DNA of 62,054 bases, the filler included, from Trypethelium eluteriae (Eukaryota), in the NCBI GenBank assembly GCA_051942245.1. It is 2 parts of 2 records of this genome, joined end to end, with 100 filler letters (N's around TTAATTAATTAA, not from the genome) between each part and the next. Parts side by side here need not be neighbours in the genome. Positions count along the whole stretch, not along the records: positions 1 to 30,990 come from JAVECL010000280.1; 1 more part is not named here. One strand, given 5' to 3'. Positions 1 to 9,747 of the stretch are shown piece after piece (position 1 is the stretch's first letter; every line of letters starts with the position of its first letter). The translations under genes were made by a program, and so were the position numbers. The notes under the pieces were generated by a model. That model searched no databases and had not been told where the DNA came from. It saw only the letters and a program-made list of their open reading frames with translations.

Positions 1-1
1 T

Positions 2-1978
2 GGAAGTCACGGCGGTGGAGCTGCTGGAGGTGGTGCCGGCGGCAGCAACGGAGTTGGAGGTGGAAGTGGAGGTGGAAGTGGAGGTGGAAGTGGATCCCGA
101 ACAGGAGCCGGAACAGGCGCAAGCGGAAATGCCGGAGGCGCTGATGGAGGAAGAGGAGGCAGCGGGGGCGGGTCCAATGGCAATGGTGGAAGCGGTGCAG
201 CTTCTGGTGGCAATGGAGTCGCAGGGTCAAACGCAAGGCAAGGCGCTGGTTCAGGACAAGCGGGAGCCAGGCCAGCCATCACTGTCGGAGGCAGTACGAT
301 CGGCGCTCAATCGATTCCCCAAGTTGTTGTTGGAGGTCATAGCATCTTTCCTGGTGCCCCCGCAGTCACCGTCGGTGGTCAGACTGTCTCAATGCCAAGC
401 TCAGGCAATGCTCTCGTTATCGATGGAACTACAAGGGCCCTACCTGCTTCTGGACCTTCCCCCACGACCCTCAATGTCGGAGGTCTTACGGTTGCCGAGA
501 AACCAGGCTCTGGATATGTCATTGATGGACAAGCCGTCGTCCCTGGAGGTCCTGCCGTTACGGTTGATGGCACTCCTGTGTCGATGAGCAATGATGCTGT
601 TTTTATTGGCGGCAAAGCCGTACCCTTGAATGGTCCTCAGGCTGACTCCGTCGGAGCACCTCAGATCACCATAGCTGGCCACACCTATACTGCCAATGCA
701 GCAGGTCAATACGTTCTTGGGCCTGGTCGAACACTATCTCCTGGAGGAACTGTGACAATGTCTGGGGGGGCCGTAGTTAGCTTGGCCGCCGGAAGCGCAT
801 TCTACGTCGTGGACGGAAAGACTTCGAGCGTGGCCGCCCCAGCAATCACACCCGCACCATCAGGCATTATTCGAGGCGTTGCTTATGGATCGAACGGTGG
901 AGCTACCTATATAATTGGTGGGCAGACACTCACACCAGGCGGACATATAACCTACAGAGGCTCTGAGATATCGTTAGGGCCGTCGGGGGATTATCTTGTC
1001 GTAGATGGAGTAACAACAGATCTTGCCGGCTCCGCTGCGTCCGCCGTCCCCATCCTGACCATTGGTGGAAACGTCTACCGTCCTCAAGCAGGATCTCATG
1101 ACTACATCATTGATGGCCAAACCCTCATTCCTGGCGGTCAAATCGTCGTCCACGGAACCACAATCTCTCTCGCACCATCCGGCTCCGCATTGGTGGTGAA
1201 CGGCGTGACCACTGCACTCTCTGACTCTGGAGCTGACTCCCCTCCCGTCCTAACCTTCGACGGCACCGCCTACACCGACCCCGGCGCCGGCGCCTTCGTC
1301 ATCGATGGCCAAACACTGAACCCCGGCCAACAGATTGTGGTTCACGGTACTACCATCTCTCTCGCGCCCCAAGATGACTATGTTGTCATTAACGGGGTCA
1401 CTTCTCCGCTTGCTGCGCACGGCGCTTTCACTCCACCTATCCTCACCATAGCAGGGCATTCCTATACCGCGCTCCCTGGCTCCGACAACTATGTTATTGA
1501 TGGCGTGACTTTAAGGCCAGGCGAGCAGATCGTGGTCTCAGGCACCACAATATCCCTCGCACCGAACGAGCAGTACGTTGTCGTCAATGGTGTCACATCG
1601 AGCCTGGCTGCTCCGAACGCGGCTGTTACGGGTGAGGCCGTCATTACTTTCGAGGGGCATGCCTACACTGCCGATGCTGACGGGACGTTCGTAATAGACG
1701 GGCAGACGCTCACTGCGGGAGGCGTCATCACCGTCGACGGAGTTGTCATCTCACTGGCGCCGAATGAGATGGTGGCTGTTGTGGGAGGCGTCACCGAGAC
1801 GCTGGTGCATGTTACGCAAAGTGCCAGTGCAGGTGGAGCAGGTGCGAGCATCACAGCACCGACTGCTACTGCGACGAAGGCGTCACCGGGACTAGATGCA
1901 GCTGCCGATCGGCAACCTGCAGCCAAACTCGCCATTTCTTTGGTGATGGTCTTGGGAACTTTTCTCGCGTGGGCATGA
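2..1978 (+). CDS. Secreted, probably GPI-anchored cell-wall repeat protein (5' truncated by the window edge)
   Basis: The frame of ORF 392..1978 is open back to position 2 (GSHGGGAAGGGAGGSNGVGGGSGGGSGGGSGS...). After this Gly-rich segment come repeats of the type (Y/F)xIDGQTLxPGxQIxVxGTTISLAP, an S/T/A-rich stalk and a hydrophobic C-terminus (AKLAISLVMVLGTFLAWA*) typical of a GPI signal. Confidence 0.8.
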   Translation, partial: GSHGGGAAGGGAGGSNGVGGGSGGGSGGGSGSRTGAGTGASGNAGGADGGRGGSGGGSNGNGGSGAASGGNGVAGSNARQGAGSGQAGARPAITVGGSTIGAQSIPQVVVGGHSIFPGAPAVTVGGQTVSMPSSGNALVIDGTTRALPASGPSPTTLNVGGLTVAEKPGSGYVIDGQAVVPGGPAVTVDGTPVSMSNDAVFIGGKAVPLNGPQADSVGAPQITIAGHTYTANAAGQYVLGPGRTLSPGGTVTMSGGAVVSLAAGSAFYVVDGKTSSVAAPAITPAPSGIIRGVAYGSNGGATYIIGGQTLTPGGHITYRGSEISLGPSGDYLVVDGVTTDLAGSAASAVPILTIGGNVYRPQAGSHDYIIDGQTLIPGGQIVVHGTTISLAPSGSALVVNGVTTALSDSGADSPPVLTFDGTAYTDPGAGAFVIDGQTLNPGQQIVVHGTTISLAPQDDYVVINGVTSPLAAHGAFTPPILTIAGHSYTALPGSDNYVIDGVTLRPGEQIVVSGTTISLAPNEQYVVVNGVTSSLAAPNAAVTGEAVITFEGHAYTADADGTFVIDGQTLTAGGVITVDGVVISLAPNEMVAVVGGVTETLVHVTQSASAGGAGASITAPTATATKASPGLDAAADRQPAAKLAISLVMVLGTFLAWA

Positions 1979-3242
1979 GTAGACGATACACTCGTCCAAC
2001 CTACTTCTTTTCAATACGTTTCGATATTTGTCTTGGTATACTTTTTCTAATTGGCCGTAGAGGATGGAAGCTTTCAAACGAGGATAACGCTAACGAAATG
2101 GAATGAGCGCTTGGGTCTTGTGATTCTACAAATACATAGCGAGGGCGTTTTCTTGGATGGGCTTAGGCTTCTCTTCACTAGACATTTCATCGCAGTTGGC
2201 TTTTGAGCAACAACGATCGGGCTACACATGGACAGGCCCTTTCTGGAGTGCAAGGTCGGAGAATGCGGTAAGCTTCGATTAACTGGACTGGAGAAGGAAG
2301 AGCAAAGGAAGAAGGTACCAATGTATAATAACTTCTGGAAGGAAACAGGAGGTGACCTGGTTTTGTGCAAGACTGAGAAAAGAGGAGGATCCCAGATAGC
2401 AACTTTTCAGCGTACAACCAAAAACGAATAGACTCCTTTGTCGCTTCTTGTGAGGATCTCACAGCCTGGAATCGCCCACAGGTCATTCGAGTAGCATTCG
2501 AGATTATTGCTGGCTCGTTGACCATTGCTCCTTTTGTTCATTCTCCAGTTCTCACCGAGAGAGACGCTTAGCCTGCCGTCGGATACTTACATACTATCGT
2601 CGATCGAGACCTAGTTCAAGAGCCGGTAAGGTGTGGACAGAATGAGGTGGTTGTAGGTTCCAGTAGTATGCTAGAAATTAAACACCTATTGCATGGGAAT
2701 GACACTGCCTCTGCTTACCAAAAGGACGGCCCTTTCTTCCGGTCCCCAGCTTACCACAGAGGCAGAAGATGAAGCCTTTCCCCATATCCGCTATAGAGTC
2801 TGCCATGTTGTGTCAGAATTCGGGTGTACTGATGTCATGACCAAAAATTTTGTAGCTTTCTAGGCTATTGAAGTCTATTAGATGGTCTCTGAAGTTCGGG
2901 GGTTGACACCCTGCGCCAGCCTAGGGCCACACCTAATTGGGCAACTAGCTTGGCGTCTAGCCGTAAAGGCTATCGAAACCACCACAGCCGAACCTAGACA
3001 GCTTTAATTACCGTATTTCAAGCCTCAGGTGCGATACGTTTGCAAGACTTTTGGCCGCGACTTGGTGATACATGTTCCGCATTGCAGGCCAGCTGATTTG
3101 GTATCTATTTCAGGAGACTTGAGAACGCTATATCGTATATTCTGAATGGCAGAAAGTAAAGTTGCTATTTCGTTTCCGGAGATAAAACTCAAAAGGCCAG
3201 CCACCTTCGTCACTCGAAGCCTTCACCCGGTCTGATCATCCC

Positions 3243-4072
3243 TTAATCTTGCAGCATCCAACTGATTCTGAGTGTGTCGGATGTGTTGCGCAGACATTCT
3301 GGCCCGTCATGGTTTGATGGACATTGGAGATCGAATTCCGTTTGAAGGCAATAAATCCTGTCTCCCTCTGGAGTCTTGGCGTCAAGTTGGACGCTCCACT
3401 GTCCCTATACAAAGTCATGAGCCGCCGGTCTGGTTTATGAATAGTGATCAAATACATACAGGAGCGACCAGCCAGTCCGCAAACCAAAATGCGTAATCGA
3501 TAAACACAGGTCCTTCACTCGGGGGACATGCTTTTTCGGGTTCGTCCGAATCAGGAGGCTGGTGCATCTTCTCGAGATAATCGCAAATGTGAAATGTACC
3601 ATTAAGCGCACCAGAGTCTCCAGTGTTTGCGGTTACATTGATCTGATAGTCAACGGTTGAGTATCTTGAGATGTCGCTGGTCAAGTTGCCTGCATAATGA
3701 CATACACATCAGTCAGACGAGTTGTTCAACATGAAATGAGCAATGACGAAACGATAACAGCAGTGAGAATTACCCCAAATAAACACATCCTCTTCTTTGT
3801 TCCTGGGTACTTCAATCAGATCAGGATTCAACTCAAGCAGGAATTCAAATCGTTGTTAAGACATACAAAACAGGTACCTGCGGGCTGTTGACAATGCGCT
3901 CGATCGCTAGGACGTCGGTGTCGCGTGATTCCGGACACAATTTGACAATTGAGCCGCCAGGCATGTGTCCAAGGCCACCTGTGTTTCCAAGCACCAAAGG
4001 ATATTGTTGACCTTCCCTGACTGCTCCGCCTGATACGACGGCGAAGAGCACGTAGATGCCTAAGAGCAACAT
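3243..4072 (-). CDS. ML-domain (MD-2/NPC2-like, PG/PI transfer protein family) secreted lipid-binding protein, 4 exons
   Basis: Manual splicing through three GT..AG introns gives MLLLGIYVLFAVVSGG...MPGGSIVKLCPESRDTDVLAIERIVNSPQVPVL/NKEEDVFIWG/NLTSDISRYSTVDY...GTFHICDYLEK...KACPPSEGPVFIDYAFWFADWLVAP/GQWSVQLDAKTPEGDRIYCLQTEFDL...LQD*. The Cys spacing and the PG-x-W-x-V...G-x-x-I-x-C-L motif match fungal ML domains. Confidence 0.75.
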
Positions 4073-5435
4073 TGTAGAAGGCAGCAATTGAGTACACTGT
4101 CGTGGTTGAAAGAAGAGGAGAAATGAGCTCGAGTATAGGGAAAAGGATGAAGGCCAGGAGGTGGATGCAATTGAATGCTGTGGGTGGGTGGGTGAGGACA
4201 TAAAGTACATGCATAGAATAGTAGAAGGGGTACTCTACAGGTAAGCGCCGTCCTCCACAAGGACGAAATGTCGTCTTGCCACGATGGGTACGGCGTAATT
4301 GGCAGGCTCGGAAGGATGATCTGCACTCTACAATGCTAAATATAGCCTTTCTGCGGCACTATGGTGATTGCTAGAGTGCTCAGCTCTGCGCGCGAGATTG
4401 CGGCACAGGTCAAAACGGCAGGCCAAAAGCTGTTCAGATCGTCTGCCACGTAGGTCCTATGTTGGAATATGAACTCGTATGTATTTTGTTCTAAGAAGCT
4501 TTGCACCACAAAAGAGAACGTCCAGATCAGATCACTATACGTTCCAACGATGCCCGACACCTAGAGTAGAGCTGGTTCTGTTGAATCCGTCCAAACTAGG
4601 CTTAGCGCACCTGCGAAACCACACAAAATCCTCAGACCTCAGATAGATAGCTTCATAGAACTAAGAATTTGACCACAGGATACCTACCTTATACTTTTAA
4701 CAGGTCTTTTCAATACTCCTACGATTATCTCTGTTGTTGGATCTGCGAATGGCTTGCAGCTGAATTGTAATTAGCTGTCGATCAGGCAATTTAATTGCTT
4801 CTGCAGCTGGGTGGCTCTACCCTTAGAGGCTTGATGTTGGGCTTAATGTTTATTCAATTATTGGATAGCGAGGAATGCGGCGCTTGATTTGAAACATGCA
4901 CCATCCTACTACGCCCGACATTCACGGCATCCTCCACTGGAGTCTCTGAGGTCTATTGGAGAGATTTGCACAAAGATCTTCGCGAACTGAAACTGAGGGA
5001 ATTGCTGCACAATCCTCCCAATCTCTTCCTTAAGTAGCGATCGTCGTCTATTTGAATGAGAGCACGCCAATGCAAGTCATAGACATCGGAGATGCGATCT
5101 TCGTGTACGTAGGGATGTGTGGTAGTGGAAGAGCTATGCGATAAAAGATTTGAACAACTTTTGGGCCTGCAATTTTGGCCTGTGCCGAGACCTCGTGCAA
5201 CCATGCGGCTCGAGTGTGCCTCGCTGGCATCTTTCGAGTAGACTTCACGAAGCTAAAATGATCAGCTACGGAGCTCAAGTATGTATCCTTTTCATTTCCG
5301 GTTCATTGAAGCCTTGAGCCATCTCATTATAAACTCCAGTATCTGCCACCATGGCAGCAAAAGCTAAGAGACAAGACGATATCCTACACGCACATGCACT
5401 TTCATATTAACCTTGAAATTCTCATCTACGTTACA

Positions 5436-7220
5436 ATGAAGATATTTACCCGCTTCTTGTCTGCAGCGCCTCTCCTCATCTACCCTACAGTGTATGCTGA
5501 CGAGACGGCTCGACTTCAAGTAAGGGCACCTTCTTTCGAATGGACTGCATGGGGCGACTCATATGCCTCTGGTGTTGGTACTGGAAAATATATTGATGGA
5601 CGCCGGTGCCTACGCTACCAGGAAGCTTATCCTGTATGGATCCAAGATGATCCAAACAACCTACTACCTGGATCAGGAGGCAAGCTGAACAACGTCGTCT
5701 GTTCAGGGGCTAAAGCTGCAGAGGTAGAAGAATTTCAATTCTATACCACCGACCAATCCTCTGGTCAACCTAACTTGCAATACTACCCAAGGCCAAGCAG
5801 TGGTAAACCCGCAATGGGTACACTCACTGTTGGCGGAGACGACATTGATTTTCCAGGCATCTTGAATAATTGCATCATCGAGGGATTTCCGTGAGTTGAA
5901 CAGACGCTTTTATCTTTGTCTAATTATCTGAGACACTAACAATTTGCCAGATGGCCTTTGAGTTCGGGTTTCACGCAGCGTACTTGCGACGAGCAGAGGG
6001 ATCTATCGTGGTCTTTGATTTGTCAAGATGGGGATAAAGACACGCCAAACACTGATTTGGTATCCAAAATCGATTCAGTCATCAAGAAGATCGTTCAATA
6101 TGGCCAGGGTGCGAGTGGAAACAACTTTCGGCTTTATGTGACTGGTTATGGTCAGTTTTTCAATGATCAAGATCCCGGTTGCAACACTGTGACATTTGCA
6201 AGAACGGCAAATCCTAACCCTGATGGCAAGCAACACAATATGATGACTACAGATTTGCGTCAAGACTTCAACTTGATGAGTCTGACGTTAAATGCTGCGA
6301 TCAAAAAGGCCGTAAGCCAAAACAGTGGAAGCAACGTTAAGTATATTGACATCGACGGCTTGCTGGGAACGGGACACCGCTTCTGCGAGCCAGGCATCAA
6401 GGAACCAGACCAGAGCAATCCTAATCTATGGTTCTGGCACTATCCATACAACCAGAACGACGATTCGACGAACCCCACCATAAAGTATTTGAACAGCGTT
6501 GAGCAGGCCAACGTCAACACCCTCACCTGGGATCCGAAAAAGACTCTCTGGACAGACTATCTCGAAGATTTCTGGTCTAAGGTTGACATGGACCAACTGA
6601 ATCAGACCGCAGGTGACAATGCGACCGCGCAGTTCGATATTTGGCCGGACGTTATTGGCTACCGCGCAAAGGTATTTCATCCACAACTATTTTATCATCA
6701 GGCGATCTACGAGGCAATCGTGCAGCAGTATATCTCAGACACTGGCACAGGCAGCCAGACAGCGACCACTACGTCAGCTGCTCCAACAAACACTCCTCCA
6801 CCTCCTCCAGCCTATGCTACTGGCACCTGTTGCTTTCATCTCGACGAGTGGGAAGACTGCGACCCGGAATCAGATGACTTGTATGCAAACATAACCCTAC
6901 TCGACAACAACAAGAAAGTAATCTACCAAACGCCAGCATCGTATTTCGATAATAACGGGCTGGGTGACCCAATCAACGACGGCAACGGCACTACTATACA
7001 AGGCCCTCTCCCCAATCCAATCACTATTACTGGAGAGCATGAGCAGGACTATATTCAATTTACCTATGGAAGTCTGAGCTGGCAAAGCAAAAAGGCGAGC
7101 GGAGGAGCACAATGTTCCGTCGGCGGCTGGAATCCTCGTGACGGACCTGTGTGCGATGATGCGTTGGTCCCAGAAGACTTACCAACGGAGAACCAGATGG
7201 ATTGCTGTTTCCCATGCTAG
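5436..7220 (+). CDS. Secreted SGNH/GDSL hydrolase with S/T/P linker and Cys-rich C-terminal domain
   Basis: Signal peptide MKIFTRFLSAAPLLIYPTVYA, block I WGDSYASG, CSGA, block III TVGGDDIDF and catalytic His in FHP. Intron 5891-5950 (GTGAGT..CTAAC..CAG) joins ORFs 5394..5894 and 5958..7220 in frame. Confidence 0.88.
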
Positions 7221-7557
7221 ATACCCTGCTGCAGATTAGATATCAAGAAGCCATTTTTTCAATTTGAAGTGCTTTTGAAACGTAAGAGTGGAAGATGTGA
7301 GATCGGGGTAGGCCTGCTAGAATAATTGGATGCAGAACTTGTTGTTACCGGGATTCTGTCTCTGTTCATTTCTACTGAGACCTAGAGTCTGTTGCCTATA
7401 CCTGAAGGGATTGTAGAGTCAGCGTTTGAGGGTATATCCAATTGCAATACAGAATCGATCATGCAGTAAGCAGAATATGCATTCATATCAGGTAGACGCT
7501 GAGAGCAAAAGAAGCCTCAAATTAGCCGCAGATACACAGAAAAACCATGCTTCCCAT

Positions 7558-8512
7558 CTAAAGTTCTTCTGATCCGAGCAGAGACCGGCGCTCATCGGTA
7601 AACCTATTCTTGCCATCAGGTTCCGCTCTATTGAGATATAAGAGCAGCATGCTGCCTTGACCAATCGCCAGGATGGCATTGTTGACACAGGTCCATCCCA
7701 CCCAAGGGTACCATTCCAGCAATATGGCCGGCTTTGATCCGAGTTTCCACATATTAGGGGGAAGAATCATTCTGAACGGCCACGAGATGGCAAGAAGGAG
7801 AAATGTGAAGAAATGAAGACCAAGTGTCCACTTGCTCAAAACGTTCGGTTGACCCGCAGGTGGCTTGACACGAGCCTGGAAGAAAAAGGAAACAGCGGTT
7901 AAGAGTGTAAAGAGAGGATTGATGATGGCTGCATTGACGTTGCGTATGATGTTGAAGAACACGTCTTGCGGTCGACCTCTAGCGACAACAGAGAGGATGA
8001 ACAAGAGCACGTGCAAGATCCAAAGCAGTACTGCTACCTTTTTAGAAAGGACATCGGGAGCAGGTCTGATGGTTGAAGCAGGTATACAGATGGCCAGCGC
8101 TAAGCTATTGAATTTTCAGTTAATCTATAAGAATAGAAATTGTTGTTTGAGTGTGACGTACAGAAGTAGTGAGCAAATCCACTGGGTAAGGATCTGGGAG
8201 AGGTTGAGCCAGTCGCGGGTAGAAGGTGGCGTGGCGATTGGGACACCGTATTCCATGAGCGGTGCCGATTTAAAGAGATAGTACATGGTAGCCACTTGGA
8301 CTTGAGCCACCAGCGTGGTAGTGAGGAGGCCGGCTACCGAAAGACCAGTTGATGAGCCAAAGGTGAGCAGGCGGTAATATTGAGGGATGTAAGAGACGAA
8401 TGTCACTACGATGAGCAGTCTACAAAAAGCGAGCTCTACGCATTAGCAAGAGATCAGATATATCGGACGCTATGAATTAGACCCACAAATTGAGAAGAGT
8501 CGAGGCAGCCAT
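7558..8512 (-). CDS. PQ-loop-like integral membrane protein (about 3 exons)
   Basis: A short first exon MAASTLLNLW is followed by VTFVSYIPQYYRLLTFGSSTGLSVAGLL (PQ-loop pattern). A second, degenerate repeat (FFFQARVK...VLSKWTLGL) and several hydrophobic helices lie in ORF 7558..8016. Confidence 0.65.
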
Positions 8513-9747
8513 GATGTATGTAGCGAACGCGAAAGGGAGATAATGAAGGAAAAAGAGTAGAATAATTGAGATCAGCCTGAGCGAGCTCGAGCTTCCGAAC
8601 ACAAGGCGTACGACAGATAATGCATTAAGGAGCCTAAGTGTACTCTCTACGGAAGGGGGCACAAATGGCGGGAGAAAAGGAAGGGTAGGTTCAAACTAAA
8701 CGGTACGGAGATTTAGCTACATGCGCAGAGGGATGGCTCGGGCGTTGTCGAGATTCCGGTCAAGTGTGCGCTTTCTATCCTTTCGGCTACCGTACACCAA
8801 TTCGTCCAGCTCATTGGGGAACAGTTTGTCGAACCTAAAGCTTACCTTTCGTCCTCTTCTTCATTGGCTAAGGTTTCTAGGTCCTACTGGCTCGGTGGGC
8901 TTGTCTGTGGCAGAGTAGATCCTTGCCCGAAATGCCACAGACCACCTCAGTGGCTTCATCTCCTTAATTTCCGAGGTCATTAAATAGTCAGCTGTAGCTA
9001 TCTAGAACAACAGAGTTTTTCGCCCTCATGTAGCTGCCGCTGCAGTTCGATACAGTTTGACTCTCCATCCGAGCGTGTGAAAAGACAACGCACAAATCAG
9101 TGATTTTTCGGTTCTGAAACTCGATCTGCACAACGCTAACAGGATTACCAGCCTTGGGTGCTTGCATGAGTTGGAAGCTACCTCACCAATACCCAAATCG
9201 AGTGGTAACTCAATGGGCTGACTTGTTCGCTTTGAGAGAGGCTGATAGGAAGGGCAATCAAAGGAAGAGAGCCTTATCATACTTACTTATTTACCAAAGT
9301 CAGAATTACCCGCACGCACTCAGAATTCCAGTGCACGTCTGCGCATAGCCGCCCGGTGCTGTGGCTTTTCCAATGTGCAGACGCCCAATCATGACAGCCA
9401 GAAGCGCCACCGTTCCGAAACTCTACCTGAGCTTAAGTAAACCCACTTATTTCAATCCGTAAGGCTGTACTTGCTCAGTCGCAACGTGTCTAACGAGTCT
9501 TTTGCTTCCGATCTTCTTTCTCATGCGCTTTATCATTTTCTGTTATCTGGTCACAACTTGAGCCGAATTTACCACTTTCTCAAAAGACTGAGCTCTAGAT
9601 TTTGTATCCAGCTCCCATATTCATTAAGATGCTGAACAGTGCCAAAAAAAAACCGCCGCATGATCTCCAGCAGACCATCAAGGTCCCTCTTCAAAACGTC
9701 GACAGCCTCGCCTCCCAATCTGTGCCAACTATCATCCATCAACAATC

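Noticed and set aside
7..587. Pro-rich minus-strand ORF (7..282) and Glu/Val-rich plus-strand ORF (15..587)
   Set aside because: These are shadow frames of the Gly-rich segment of the wall protein.
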